The position numbers were made by a program, and so were the translations under genes. The notes under the pieces were generated by a model. The model saw nothing but the letters and a program-made list of their open reading frames with translations, ran no database searches and was not told where the DNA came from. A DNA stretch of 63,220 nucleotides, filler included. It is 7 parts of 7 records of this genome, joined end to end, with 100 filler letters (N's around TTAATTAATTAA, not from the genome) between each part and the next. Parts side by side here need not be neighbours in the genome. Positions count along the whole stretch, not along the records: positions 17,420 to 34,458 come from SRR31147125_4430; positions 34,559 to 40,150 come from SRR31147125_4435; positions 40,251 to 49,892 come from SRR31147125_4441; 4 more parts are not named here. One strand, 5' to 3'. Shown here piece by piece: positions 33,198 through 44,165 of the stretch (positions are counted from its first letter, which is position 1; each line of letters starts with the position of its first letter).

Positions 33198-34189
33198 CTA
33201 TTGATTCTCCTTTTATTGGGATGAGTTCGTAGCCATATTTTTCACATAAATGATACGGAGGTTGTTCTGAAAAGACCAAAACAATACCACCACGATTGCC
33301 GGCAATAGATCCGGCTCCTGAGGTTTTGGCAGCAGCTCCCCAGTTCTCAATGTCGGCTATAAATGATTGGACCTTTGTTGGAACAACACCGATCTGTGTT
33401 AATAGCTTGTTGTTCTCTTTTATATAGTGCTGCACTTTTGGCAGATCATTTTCAGATAGCGCTTTTTCGATATTTTCTGTTACGGCGTTAAATTCGAGCC
33501 ATATGGGATTTTTATTAAAATGAGCTGCCACAAATGAAACACACTCACCTGTGGTTGATTCCGGCAAACCCGTGTTTATCAGATACATTGGTAATGTAGG
33601 TAACGCTTTTTTCAGCTTTCTTGTTCTGAAAGCGAACAAAGCCACCGTGCAGGGAGATGTATGGATCAACGCCGCTGGGTCGGCCATGTTGAAGTTTTTC
33701 CGCTTCCAGACCGTATTGGTAAAATTTGTCCGGGATAAAATCCAGTGCGAAAAATTCGGTGATACCACGGAGAACACTTAGTATTGTAGCTGCTGAGGAG
33801 CCCATGCCACAACCAATGGGAATATTGGATTCCAGTTTAATGTGGACGCCGCGTTCCAGCGTGAGATGCAATCCATCCAGAAAGGTTATGAACAAGAAAT
33901 GAAACAGATCAAAGGGTTTTGACAAGACCTCCCGTATGCTCAACTCGCCCTGTAAAAACATATGATAATTTTTCACCAGTCTATCCTTGAGCTCATGCAA
34001 TGCTCTCACGGTAAAAGAACTGGTGAGATGAAAATCCAAAAGATCAAAAGAGACAAGTTTTGATGCCTGGGGGGAAATAGTTGCTGTGGCAAAGCGATCT
34101 ACAGCCATGACGAGCGCTGGTTGACCGTAAACAACAGAATGCTCGCCACTGATAATGATTTTTCCAGGTGCCTGGGATCTCATTGACAT
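33181..34189 (-). CDS. mvk: Mevalonate kinase; frameshift near 33610
   Basis: PGKIIISGEHSVVYG, IPIGCGMGSSAA, HGRPSGVD; C-terminal half (AAKTSGAG) in the next frame. Confidence 0.85.
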
Positions 34190-34458
34190 TTTTCATAAAT
34201 TCGTTTATGATGACTTGATCCTGCAAATCGAAACATCCCTGTTTCATGACGTGGAATTTCATACTCACCACCATCAACAGGAATTTCATAGGAATAATAG
34301 TCCGCATATTCTTTGTAGGACAACTCTTGACGTGATTCGAGCATTTGTTTATGTTCTTTTGCAAACAGATGTTTTTGGTATAGTGGCTGAACAATACCCG
34401 TAAAAAATTCACTCACGCAACCCGAACCATAGCTAAAGAGTCCTATTCTTTTTTCCCC
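34180..34458 (-). CDS. mvaS: HMG-CoA synthase, C-terminal fragment
   Basis: Reads RIGLFSYGSGCVSEFF from the contig edge; first gene of the mevalonate operon piece. Confidence 0.85.
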   Translation of the reverse strand, partial: GEKRIGLFSYGSGCVSEFFTGIVQPLYQKHLFAKEHKQMLESRQELSYKEYADYYSYEIPVDGGEYEIPRHETGMFRFAGSSHHKRIYEKCQ

Positions 34459-34558
34459 NNNNNNNNNNNNNNNNNNNNNNNNNNNNNNNNNNNNNNNNNN
34501 NNTTAATTAATTAANNNNNNNNNNNNNNNNNNNNNNNNNNNNNNNNNNNNNNNNNNNN
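34459..34558. other. Artificial contig spacer
   Basis: Same linker. Confidence 0.97.
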
Positions 34559-35713
34559 TTTTACCGTGATCCGCTTGACCTGGTACCGGCCGGCTTCATC
34601 AATGCTCTCATAATCGCCCCAGGGCCTGAACACCCGGCTATGGGTCCGGGCCTCCTCCCTGTCCTTGTCCTTGAGTCGGGCCACAATCTGTTTTACATCC
34701 TGAACCTTTTCCCTTGGCGCCACCATGACGGCATCGGCGGTCTCCACAATTACAAACCCGGACAGGCCGGTGGCGGTGACCAGCCTGTGGTCGGCATGGA
34801 TAAAGGTATCTGTGACATCGTGGACAATGACATCCCCGGCCACAACATTATTGTCGGCATCTTTGTCTCCGGTCTGCCACAGGGCGTCAAAGGAGCCCAG
34901 ATCGTTCCATCCGGCATCCAGGGGCAGGACCACCCCCCGGTCTGTTTTTTCCATGACCGCATAATCAATGGAGTCCCCGTCAATGGCTTCAAAAGCCCCA
35001 TGGTCCACCCTGAAAAAATCCAGATCCGGATGCCCTTTTTCCAATGCGGTTCGGCACAGGGAAAGGCAGTCCGGGACAAAGGTTTCAAGTTCATTGAGGA
35101 TGACCGAGGTTTTAAACATAAACATGCCGGAGTTCCAGCAAAAGTTTTTCGAATCCACATAGGATTGGGCAGTCTGGCTGTCGGGTTTTTCCACAAAGGC
35201 CTCAATGGAAAACCCCCCGCTGCCACCTTCCAGGGCCTTGCCCTGACGGATATACCCGTATCCTGTGGCAGGTTCCGTGGGCACAATGCCGAAGGTTACC
35301 AGGTTGCCCGCCTCGGCCAGGGCCCTTCCCTGTTCAATGATCCGGGTAAACTCAGCCTGGTTTTCGATCACATGGTCCGCGGGCAGTACCAGCAGCACAG
35401 GATCCTCTTTTTGGACGGCTGACCGGAGGGCGGCCAGGGCAATGGCCGGGGCGGTATTTCGTCCCACAGGCTCTAAAATAATTTCCCCTGCCATGTCGAT
35501 CTGGCGCAGTTGTTCAGCCGTCATAAACCGATGGGCCTCGTTGCACAGCACCAGAGGATCCATAAGCCCTTTAACCTGTCCCAGCCTGAGCAGGGTATTT
35601 TGAAGCATGGTGTGGTTGTTATAAATATCAATGAGTTGTTTTGGATAAAGGGCCCTGGACATGGGCCACAGCCGGGTGCCTGATCCACCGGCCAGGATTA
35701 CAGGGATAATCAT
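34559..35713 (-). CDS. manC: Mannose-1-phosphate guanylyltransferase/mannose-6-phosphate isomerase (3' truncated)
   Basis: LAGGSGTRLWP, EPVGRNTAPA, FVEKP, SIDYAVMEK, RPWG. Confidence 0.95.
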
Positions 35714-36636
35714 TGGAGTTCATTCCTTTTTTCAGCAATATAAAGGGTAATAACCAGATTTTTTTCAACTTTATACTCGGTATAATCCATAAGGGCCATG
35801 CCGTTATCTGCCAGCCACTCTTGAATCTGTTCTTTTTTAAACCCCATCCATGATCCGCCAATCACTTCTTTGATCCCCTCATGGTTGTGGCGGTGGAAAT
35901 CAGCCAGGACAAAGCACCCCTTTTCCCTGAGTACCCGGGCCACTTCCCGGATGGATTTCTCCGGTTCCACAATATGGTAGAGGACCATGCTCATCACTGC
36001 GGCATCCACCTCCTGATCCCGCATGGGAAGATTCTCAAGTTCTCCTAAGCGCAATTCAAGATGGGCCCTGTAGGGCAGTCGGATGCGGGCCTGTTCCAGC
36101 ATCTCAGGAGAGGCATCCACACCAATGAGCTTGGTTTTGTCCAGATCCAAAAGATGGGAAAGAATTTCACCGGTCCCGCATCCCAGGTCGGCCAGGGTCT
36201 GACACGGCCCGATCTTTTCAACGATAATACCGTTGAGGTCCAGAGTCCCAAGCACCTCTTTTTTGAGTCGGTCCCACTGGGGGGCAACGGTTCTGAAAAA
36301 ACGCTTGGTTCTGTTTTTCCTCAGGGAAATGCTCTGGCCGGCCCGTTCCAGGTCTCTGACAAATACGGGATCAGTGTCAACCTGGTTGGCCACAAGGTGG
36401 ATCAGGTCAGAGGCCTCTTGGGTGCGATTGTCTGAATAATAGATGTAACTGCCGTCCTTTCTTGAGACAAGAAGCCCTGCCTCCAGCAGGATTTTAAGAT
36501 GGCGGGAGACACCGGACTGGATCATCTCCACAATGGAGACAATCTCGTTAACGTTCAATTCGTAATGGGACAGCATGTTGAGAAGGCGCAGCCGGGTAGG
36601 ATCGGACAGGGCCTTAAATTTTTTTATAATATCCAT
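35710..36636 (-). CDS. ArsR HTH + SAM-methyltransferase-fold regulator (SahR-like)
   Basis: FKALSDPTRLR, QSGVSRHLKIL; DLGCGTG, GVDASPEML. Confidence 0.88.
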   Translation of the reverse strand: MDIIKKFKALSDPTRLRLLNMLSHYELNVNEIVSIVEMIQSGVSRHLKILLEAGLLVSRKDGSYIYYSDNRTQEASDLIHLVANQVDTDPVFVRDLERAGQSISLRKNRTKRFFRTVAPQWDRLKKEVLGTLDLNGIIVEKIGPCQTLADLGCGTGEILSHLLDLDKTKLIGVDASPEMLEQARIRLPYRAHLELRLGELENLPMRDQEVDAAVMSMVLYHIVEPEKSIREVARVLREKGCFVLADFHRHNHEGIKEVIGGSWMGFKKEQIQEWLADNGMALMDYTEYKVEKNLVITLYIAEKRNELQ

Positions 36637-36651
36637 AGGAATAGATTGACC

Positions 36652-37329
36652 TTAGAGTTCCATCTCCTGTCCAAATGCCAGGATCTGGCAGCCAATTCCC
36701 TTGGCCAGAACTTTGGCTTTAAAATCCTCGGGATCGGCCTGGATCACCGGAAACGTATTGTAATGAATGGGAATGGCCTTGGCCGGTCTGACGAACTCAC
36801 AGGCCATTACGGCATCGTCAATTCCCATGGTGAAATTATCGCCAATGGGCACCAGCATCAAATCCACATGGTTCATTTCTCCGATGAGTTTCATATCGGA
36901 AAAAAGTCCGGTATCCCCGGCATGGTAAATCAGGGTGTGGTCAACCCGAACCAGAAGCCCTGTGGCTGCCCCGTGACATTCCTTGTCAGGCGTGACTGAG
37001 GAGTGCAGGGCCTGGGTCAGCTTCACCCACCCGAATCCAAAGTCAAATGCCCCGCCAATATGCATATTATGGGCCTTTACCCCTTTTCCGGCCAGGTATC
37101 CGGCCAGTTCATTCTCACAAATACAAAGGGCATCGCAGCGTTTGGCAATCTCCAGGGTGTCCCCCAGATGGTCCCCGTGGCCGTGGGTGAGCAAAATGAC
37201 ATCGGCCTGGACCTGCGCTGCCTTAACCTGCGATGTGGGATTATCGTTTAAAAACGGGTCAATCAAAATGGACTTTCCCTCTCCAGTGATAATCTGACAG
37301 GCAGAATGGGAAAAATATCTTAATTTCAT
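36652..37329 (-). CDS. UPF0173 metallo-beta-lactamase-fold hydrolase
   Basis: IDPF, THGHGDH, YHAGDT, PIGDNFTMG, PIHYNTF. Confidence 0.9.
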   Translation of the reverse strand: MKLRYFSHSACQIITGEGKSILIDPFLNDNPTSQVKAAQVQADVILLTHGHGDHLGDTLEIAKRCDALCICENELAGYLAGKGVKAHNMHIGGAFDFGFGWVKLTQALHSSVTPDKECHGAATGLLVRVDHTLIYHAGDTGLFSDMKLIGEMNHVDLMLVPIGDNFTMGIDDAVMACEFVRPAKAIPIHYNTFPVIQADPEDFKAKVLAKGIGCQILAFGQEMEL

Positions 37330-37551
37330 GGGTCATCCCCCTTTAATTCAAATTGGTGCATGGTTCTCTATTATCACAATTCACCGATTTCTCAACCCCG
37401 GGCCGGGTGTATCATTGCCTGTCCTGGGCTGCATCTGTCTCAGGCATGGGGATACAAGTGTACCATTTCTAATCTGGCATGACCTGCAACTGGAAAGGTT
37501 TTTAAGAAATTCCCATGGTTTTTCAACAGCTTAAAATTTATTTTTAATGCC

Positions 37552-37567
37552 TGGCACGGGTATTGAT
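37552..37567 (+). promoter_or_regulatory. Sigma54-type -24/-12 promoter upstream of the peroxiredoxin
   Basis: TGGCACG-GGTA-TTGAT versus consensus TGGCACG-N4-TTGCW; AT tract just upstream. Confidence 0.6.
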
Positions 37568-37707
37568 ATATCTGGGGTGCCACGCCTCAATTGGCATACT
37601 CCCCTCTGAATTCAGGGCGTATCCATTTGAGAACCGCAGTCTCTGACTGCTGCAAATAAAAATCTCACGCCTGGTCTTAAGAAAGACTAGCATAAAAGGA
37701 GTTATTC

Positions 37708-38288
37708 ATGAGTGTATTGGTTGGAAAAACTGCACCGGATTTCACAGCAACCGCCGTTCAAAAGGATCAGGTCCTTGAAAACTTTACCCTGTCACAGTTC
37801 AAGGGACAATATGTTGTTCTGTTCTTTTACCCCCTGGACTTCACCTTTGTCTGCCCGACTGAACTCCATGCCTTTAGCGATCAGCTCCAGGAGTTTGAAA
37901 AAAGACAAACCCAGGTGCTCGGGGTGAGTATTGACTCTCATTTTTCACACCTGGCCTGGCTGAACACCCCAAAAACAAGGGTGGTATTGAAGGGGTCGCC
38001 TACCCCATTGTTTCGGATATAAATAAAAGTATTTCCCAGGACTACGATGTTCTGGTGGATGGGGCTGGTGTGGCCTACCGCGGCCTTTTCCTCATTGACA
38101 AGGATCAGGTGGTTCGGCATCAGGTGGTCAACGACCTGCCCCTGGGTCGCTCGGTTTCGGAGACCCTTCGCATGGTGGACGCCCTCCAGTTTACAGAAGA
38201 ATACGGAGAGGTATGCCCTGCCAATTGGAATCAGGGGGATAAATCCATGACACCCACCCAGGACGGTTTGGAAAAATTCTTTAAATAG
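37708..38288 (+). CDS. ahpC: 2-Cys peroxiredoxin; one frameshift at A-run 37971-37975
   Basis: [13 protein letters not shown] and GEVCPANW; adding one A restores [11 protein letters not shown]... Confidence 0.92.
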
Positions 38289-38306
38289 CCTGCCGGAATA
38301 TAAACT

Positions 38307-38354
38307 GGCCCCGGGATAAGCCCTTTATACAAAGACTGTCCCGGGGCCTTTTTC
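38307..38354. terminator. Terminator between convergent genes
   Basis: GGCCCCGGGA / TCCCGGGGCC stem followed by a T-run. Confidence 0.75.
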
Positions 38355-38382
38355 CGGTCTATTTTTTCCCGGTCTATTTTTA

Positions 38383-38775
38383 TTATCTAACGGATACCAC
38401 CGGACAGGGGGCATTGAGGATAACGCTCTGGGCTGTGGAGCCGAATAGAATTTTTCCTACCTTTGACCGGCTTTTTACCCCTATGATAATCTCTTTAACC
38501 TTGTTTTCCCGGGCAAAGGCCACAAGATCTTCCCAGGGTTCCATCCCCCGAATCAAAAGATGGGTTTCGCATTTGATCCCCCTGGCCTGAAAATCGGCCT
38601 GGACCTTTTCCAGGTTTGATTCAGCCGCATTGATCCGGGCCTGATCCTCTTCCTCCCCCTCTTTCATGGAAGTGACAACGAGGATATCGTATTTAAATGC
38701 AGTTGCATGTGCCTCTGCCAGGGCCAACAGGTCCTGTCCCACATTGGTTCCCTTGTATCCGACCAGAATTGCCAT
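38383..38775 (-). CDS. Universal stress protein
   Basis: ILVGY, IIIG...RSKVGKILFGSTAQSVILNAPCPV. Confidence 0.9.
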   Translation of the reverse strand: MAILVGYKGTNVGQDLLALAEAHATAFKYDILVVTSMKEGEEEDQARINAAESNLEKVQADFQARGIKCETHLLIRGMEPWEDLVAFARENKVKEIIIGVKSRSKVGKILFGSTAQSVILNAPCPVVSVR

Positions 38776-38986
38776 GTTTTTTCCTCTCTTCACAAATTAA
38801 CCCCAATACAGGTCTTTCCAGCAAAAAACATTAAAGGATTTCGCTTTAGGGTACAAGAAAAAACAATAAGGCCAGGTCAATTCACCTGACGAAACCTCTT
38901 CTTGGTTTGATTTTAGGCCAATTCGGTGTAAACTGACAAAAGAGTGCAGCCCCGAAGTAAAATCCAATCATTCCGGAAAATGACAA

Positions 38987-40150
38987 ATGATCCAGGACCA
39001 TGACACAATCGTCAATCTGTTAAAAAAGTCTCGGTATCTCAAGCCCTTTGGTGAGGCCAAGATCCGTCAGCTTGCCGTGATTTCCAAACGCCAGACCATT
39101 GAGCGGGGAAAGGTTTTGCTGCGCCAGGATGAACCCAATAGAAACGTGTACATCATTATTCAAGGCTCGGTCTCGGTTTTTGTGGACAAACAGTTTGTTT
39201 ATACCCTCTGTCGCTCGGGAGATATCCTCGGAGAAATGAGTGTGATCACCGGCGGCCCCTCAAATGCCACCATTGCGGCAGATGTGCCCGTGGACCTCAT
39301 TGAAATTCCCTCACAAACCCTTAAACAGATCCATGGGGATGCCGCCCATGAACTGCACGCCGCGCTTTACCAATGGTTTTCAAGCATCCTCACCGATAAG
39401 CTTTATAAAATTTCTCAAAAGGCCAAGCGGTTTGAACAGGTCAGCCGCCGGCTCCAACTGGATCTTGAAGAAGCAAAAACCACCCAGGATAAGATTTTTC
39501 TATCCCAGACACGGCGCATTGATCGCTTTCCCATGACCTTGAAATGCGAGTTTTCAAACATCCTTGGCGGAGATTTTTATGCGGTTTTCCCTGTGGATGA
39601 CGAGGCATTCGGCATCCTCATCGGAGATGTTTCCGGTCACGGCACCGGGGCCTGCATTATTTCCATGATGATCTTCAACCTGTTTTTGGCCTTTGCCCGG
39701 AAAGAATCCTCGGCCACAGCAGTGGTGGAAAAGGTCAATGGCATGTCCCTTGAATTCATGCACCAGGGTAAATTTGCCACCCTGTTTTACGGAATCTACC
39801 GGCCCGGCTCCCGCACCCTGACCTATACCAACGCGGGCCATCACCCGGCCCTTGTTTTTAGAAACGGAGAGACAAAGGCCCTTCCGACCGGCACAGGCAT
39901 TCCCGTGGGTATACTTAACAACCGGGATCAAGGATACCAGGAGTATTCTTTTACCTTTGTCCCCGGAGACCGGCTTCTTTTGTTTACCGATGCCGTATTT
40001 GAAACAGATCCCCAATCCCACACCGGTGGATTTTCCGGCCTGATTCGCTACCTGAAAAAATCCGGTACAAATCGGCCAGGGCTGTGGCAGAAGATCTTTA
40101 TCATTGGCGAAAGGGGTTCAGTCCTGCCGGCCTGAACGACGATTACACCC
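38987..40150 (+). CDS. cNMP-binding domain + SpoIIE/PP2C phosphatase (frameshift near 40055-40080, 3' truncated)
   Basis: GDILGEMS in the CNB domain; GGDFY, GDVSGHG, NAGH, FTDA; DDYT at the contig edge. Confidence 0.85.
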
Positions 40151-40250
40151 NNNNNNNNNNNNNNNNNNNNNNNNNNNNNNNNNNNNNNNNNNNNTTAATT
40201 AATTAANNNNNNNNNNNNNNNNNNNNNNNNNNNNNNNNNNNNNNNNNNNN
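40151..40250. other. Artificial contig spacer
   Basis: Same linker. Confidence 0.97.
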
Positions 40251-41302
40251 ATGATGTTGCCGACGCTCCCGCTGATGATGCGGAAGACGAGTGGGTAGCA
40301 CTTGAAGCAAAACTTCAGGAAAAGCGTTTCATGCCTGAGAAGACTGGTAAGGAGCCAGCTCCGACAACCAAAGAAACCATTAAAATCGGGTTCATGCCTA
40401 CAGCTATGAATACGCATTATGACATCGTTATTAATGGTGCGCAAGAGCAAGCTGCTTCTTACGGCGAAGGCGTTGTTGAGATCGTTGTTCAGGCTCCGTC
40501 AGGTCAGTCTGCAAACGTAGAGCAGATCAGCATCTGTGAAGCATGGATACAACAGGGTTTTGACGCTATCTGTATCGCTGTTTCAAACGATGAGATGATG
40601 GAACCTACGTTTAAGGCTGCTACTGAAGCTGGAATTCCCGTGTTCCTGTTCAACACGCCGCTGCTACTGACATCGAATCCTTACTATGTTGCCAACATTG
40701 GCTATTGCCAATATGAAGGCGGCTATACATTTGGAAAATATCTTGCTGAGAACTTTGCTGGCGAAGAGCTAAACATCGCTTTGATGCGCGGCCTTCCGGG
40801 AACACATGACAGCGAACGTATGGAAGGCTTCTTCGATGCTTCCGGCGCAGTTTCCGAAGCAAATCCGGATAGTACGACAAACGGCAGAAACCCGAACTTT
40901 AAGGTTATAGCCGAAGCGACTGGTGACTGGGCAAGATCGCCTGCACAGATCGCTATGGACGCTGTTCTTCAGGCACATTCCGAAATCGACATCCTCTTTG
41001 CTGACTATGATGAGATGGCATTGGGTGCGCTCGTATCCATAAAGGCTGCGGACAGACTCAGCGAAATCAAAATCTATGGTTATGACAACACTCCTGACGC
41101 CATGGCTTCCATGGAGAATGGTGAGATGTTCGGAACAACGGATACCGTTCCTAAATTGATGGGCATTGAAACCATAAAGACTTGCGTAGATTTCTGCATG
41201 AATGGCATCGTGCCAGACAAAGCAGTATATCAGGAATGCTTCGTGTGGGATCTTGACAACATGGGCGATTTCAACAAGGAAAACTACGAATGGGTGAAAT
41301 AA
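40251..41302 (+). CDS. Sugar ABC substrate-binding protein (RbsB-like, 5' truncated)
   Basis: Frame open from 40253 (acidic linker); GIPVFLFN, ERMEGF, GDW, DEMALG, GYD. Confidence 0.88.
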
Positions 41303-41327
41303 GATAGAGTCAATTGAGTCAAATGAA

Positions 41328-41358
41328 GACGGAGGGCGGCCTTGTGCCGCCTTCTGTT
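41328..41358 (+). terminator. Intercistronic hairpin after the binding-protein gene
   Basis: GACGGAGGGCGGC / GCCGCCTTCTGTT. Confidence 0.55.
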
Positions 41359-41378
41359 AAACAAGCAAGGGGGTAGTA

Positions 41379-42887
41379 TTGAAAGAAACCACACCTGTTT
41401 TAGAAATGAAAGGGATCGTTAAACGCTTTCCCGGAACACTTGCGCTAGACAATGTAGATTTTAAACTTGGAAAAGGCGAAGTTCTCGGGTTGATCGGTGA
41501 AAACGGCGCCGGCAAATCCACACTAATGAAGATACTTTCGGGCGCATATACAAAAGATGAAGGCCAAATATTCATCAATGGCAAAAAAGTCGAGATCAAC
41601 AACACGGATCAATCGCAGCATTTAGGAATTGGTATTATATATCAAGAACTTAGCTTGTTCCCAGATCTGAACGCTGTAGACAATATTTATATGCACCGTG
41701 AACATACAAAGGTCGGGCTGTTAAGCCGAAAAGAAATGCGCGCCGAAGCTGAAAAAGTTCTTTCTGAAGAGCTGGATGCCCATTTTGATGTCACTTTGCC
41801 AGTCAGCAAGTTGCGGCTTGCAGAGCGGCAGCTTGTTGAGATTGCCCGTACGCTTACATACAACAACAGAATCATTGTTATGGACGAACCGACTGCTTCG
41901 CTTGAAGATGCTGAGAAGGAGCTTTTGTTTGCGACTATTCGGCGCCTCAAAGAGCGCGATGTGTCAATTGTCTTCGTTTCGCATCATCTCGATGAACTCA
42001 TGGAGATTTGCGACCGTGCCATCATTCTTCGTGACGGAGAAAAGGTGGCGGACGAGCTTGTTTCCGACCTGTCGGTTGAAAAGATTATTGATTTTATGAT
42101 CGGAAAATCTGTAGATCAGCAATATCCAAAAGAAATCGTTGACATTGGCGAAGAATGTTTGAATGTCGAAAACCTGTCGATGGACGGCCACTTTGAAGAT
42201 GTTAGTTTTAATTTGCATAAAGGCGAGATACTTGGGCTGGCAGGGCTTGCGGGCTGCGGAAAAAACGAAGTAGCACGGGCGCTGTTTGGGGCAAAAACAT
42301 ATACAAGCGGAAACATCATACTTAACGGCAAAAACGTTAAGGCAAAGAATGTTTATTCTGCGTTCAAAAACAAATTTGCATTTTTACCGGCAGACCGCAA
42401 ATCTGAAGGATTGTTTCTTTCGCAAACAATCAAGTGGAACATCACGCTGGCAGCAATAAATAAGATTATTCACGTTTTGATCGATCGCAAAAAAGAGAAC
42501 GCCAACGTCGATCAATTTTCAAAAGATCTGGGTGTCAAAATGGCGTCAGCCAATGATCCTGCAAACAGCCTGTCGGGCGGCAATCAGCAGAAGGTCATGC
42601 TTGCAAGATGGCTGATGACAGATCCAGATATCCTGATACTAGAAGAACCGACGCGTGGAATAGACGTTAACGCGAAAACCGAAGTGTATCGTTTGCTTAT
42701 GAAGTGCGTTAAGGAAGGTAAGTCTGTCATTTTGGTATCGAGCGAAAGCCCGGAGCTTCTTGGCATCTGCGACCGTGTTGTTGTCATGCACAACGGCGAG
42801 GTCTCTGTGATACTCGATGCTGATAAATCCAATGAAGCAGAGCTTGCTCAATTTTCACAGAGTGGAGGAAAAGATATTGCTATTTAA
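41379..42887 (+). CDS. Sugar ABC ATPase (RbsA-like, double domain)
   Basis: GENGAGKSTL, MDEPT, DRK.EGL, LSGGNQQKV. Confidence 0.95.
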   Translation: MKETTPVLEMKGIVKRFPGTLALDNVDFKLGKGEVLGLIGENGAGKSTLMKILSGAYTKDEGQIFINGKKVEINNTDQSQHLGIGIIYQELSLFPDLNAVDNIYMHREHTKVGLLSRKEMRAEAEKVLSEELDAHFDVTLPVSKLRLAERQLVEIARTLTYNNRIIVMDEPTASLEDAEKELLFATIRRLKERDVSIVFVSHHLDELMEICDRAIILRDGEKVADELVSDLSVEKIIDFMIGKSVDQQYPKEIVDIGEECLNVENLSMDGHFEDVSFNLHKGEILGLAGLAGCGKNEVARALFGAKTYTSGNIILNGKNVKAKNVYSAFKNKFAFLPADRKSEGLFLSQTIKWNITLAAINKIIHVLIDRKKENANVDQFSKDLGVKMASANDPANSLSGGNQQKVMLARWLMTDPDILILEEPTRGIDVNAKTEVYRLLMKCVKEGKSVILVSSESPELLGICDRVVVMHNGEVSVILDADKSNEAELAQFSQSGGKDIAI

Positions 42888-43887
42888 CAACGTAAGTGCC
42901 GAGGTCACCCCGGTAAAGAAAAAACAGAACAGTGTTTTGGGATCTATTGGACATTTCTTTGGGAATAACGGTATTGTAGTAGCATTTTTACTGCTGTTCA
43001 TAGTGCTGGCATTCTTGTCTGAGCATTTTCTCAGCTGGCAGAATTTTATGAACGTTGCCAGAGCTGCAGTGCCAACGGCCATTATCGCGTTTGGCATGGT
43101 GTTCGTAATTGGGATGGGCGAAATCGACCTGTCGGTTGGACCTGTAATGGTTTTGGTCAGCATTTTCTATGCGGATGCTGTAAACCATGGTTGGAACATC
43201 TATATGGCGATGTTGATGGCATTGGCGGCTGGTGCTGCGATTGGAGCAATTAATGCGACGCTGATCACAAAGGCGCGCATCACCCCTTTCATTGCAACGT
43301 TGGCCATTGCACAAATAGCTTATGGAATCAACATGGTATATTCACACGGTGTGCCTATCTATGGGCTCTCATTCCCCGAAGTACAGTTCATCGATCAAGC
43401 AAAAATTTTTGGCTCTGTACCATTTTCTGTTATACTAACACTGGTAGTGGGAGCTATTTGCTCGATATTGATGTATAGAATGAAATTTGGCAGATATGTG
43501 CTGTCCATCGGTTCAAATACCGAGGCGGCACGTCTTGTTGGTATCAATGTGCACAAAATCAAATACATAGTCTATATGCTTATCGGCCTACTGTGCGGCT
43601 TAGCAAGCATCATCATCACTTCGAAGATGGAGGCGGCAGTGCCGGATGGCATGGCCGGTCACGAGCTAAATGTTATCGCAGCCACCGTTCTTGGCGGAAC
43701 GTCAATGACAGGTGGTAAAGCAAAAATATGGGGTGCTATGATCGGCGCGCTGCTCATGATCTTGGTGCAAAACGGCATCAACCTTTTGAACGTCAACACG
43801 TTCTGGCAAAAAGCAGTCGTTGGGTTCATCATATTGATCGCTGTCGGCATTGATACTGCATCAACGTATCGCAGCCGTAATAAGTAA
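42877..43887 (+). CDS. Sugar ABC permease (RbsC-like)
   Basis: GGAGG RBS + TTG at 42877; IDLSVG, PFIATL, GSN.EAARLVG, IAATVLGGTS. Confidence 0.92.
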   Translation: MLFNNVSAEVTPVKKKQNSVLGSIGHFFGNNGIVVAFLLLFIVLAFLSEHFLSWQNFMNVARAAVPTAIIAFGMVFVIGMGEIDLSVGPVMVLVSIFYADAVNHGWNIYMAMLMALAAGAAIGAINATLITKARITPFIATLAIAQIAYGINMVYSHGVPIYGLSFPEVQFIDQAKIFGSVPFSVILTLVVGAICSILMYRMKFGRYVLSIGSNTEAARLVGINVHKIKYIVYMLIGLLCGLASIIITSKMEAAVPDGMAGHELNVIAATVLGGTSMTGGKAKIWGAMIGALLMILVQNGINLLNVNTFWQKAVVGFIILIAVGIDTASTYRSRNK

Positions 43888-44120
43888 AATCTCTCCTGCC
43901 TTCGGGCAGCATTGGATATCATAGCCTGATGCGCATGTCAATGTGCGTCCGGTGGTATCAAATATATTTCTTCTCTTTTGACGGTATAGATAAGTGCTAT
44001 GCCGTCTTTCTTTTGCCGCAGAAAGCAACAATTTCTTCAAAGCTTTGCCCTGCATCATTTTGTACTAAGCTATACGAAGGGCGAAAGATAAAGCTGTTTG
44101 CATTACGCATATAAGCGCAT

Positions 44121-44152
44121 AAAAAAGCGGCCGATCATAGAAGACCGACCGC
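44121..44152 (-). terminator. Intrinsic terminator after the SIMPL gene
   Basis: AGCGG-flanked hairpin with A6 on the + strand. Confidence 0.6.
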
Positions 44153-44165
44153 TGCTCTCATTGAT

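Noticed and set aside
34640..37534. Long antisense ORFs over manC, the ArsR gene and the MBL hydrolase (also 44334-44985)
   Set aside because: Shadow frames of well-supported genes in GC-richer DNA, with no recognisable motifs.
37708..38288. Selenocysteine recoding in the peroxiredoxin
   Set aside because: Both catalytic positions are TGC Cys codons; the break is a frameshift, not an in-frame TGA.
38350..38382. Short direct repeat CCGGTCTATTTTT x2
   Set aside because: Only two adjacent copies beside a terminator; no spacers, so not CRISPR.
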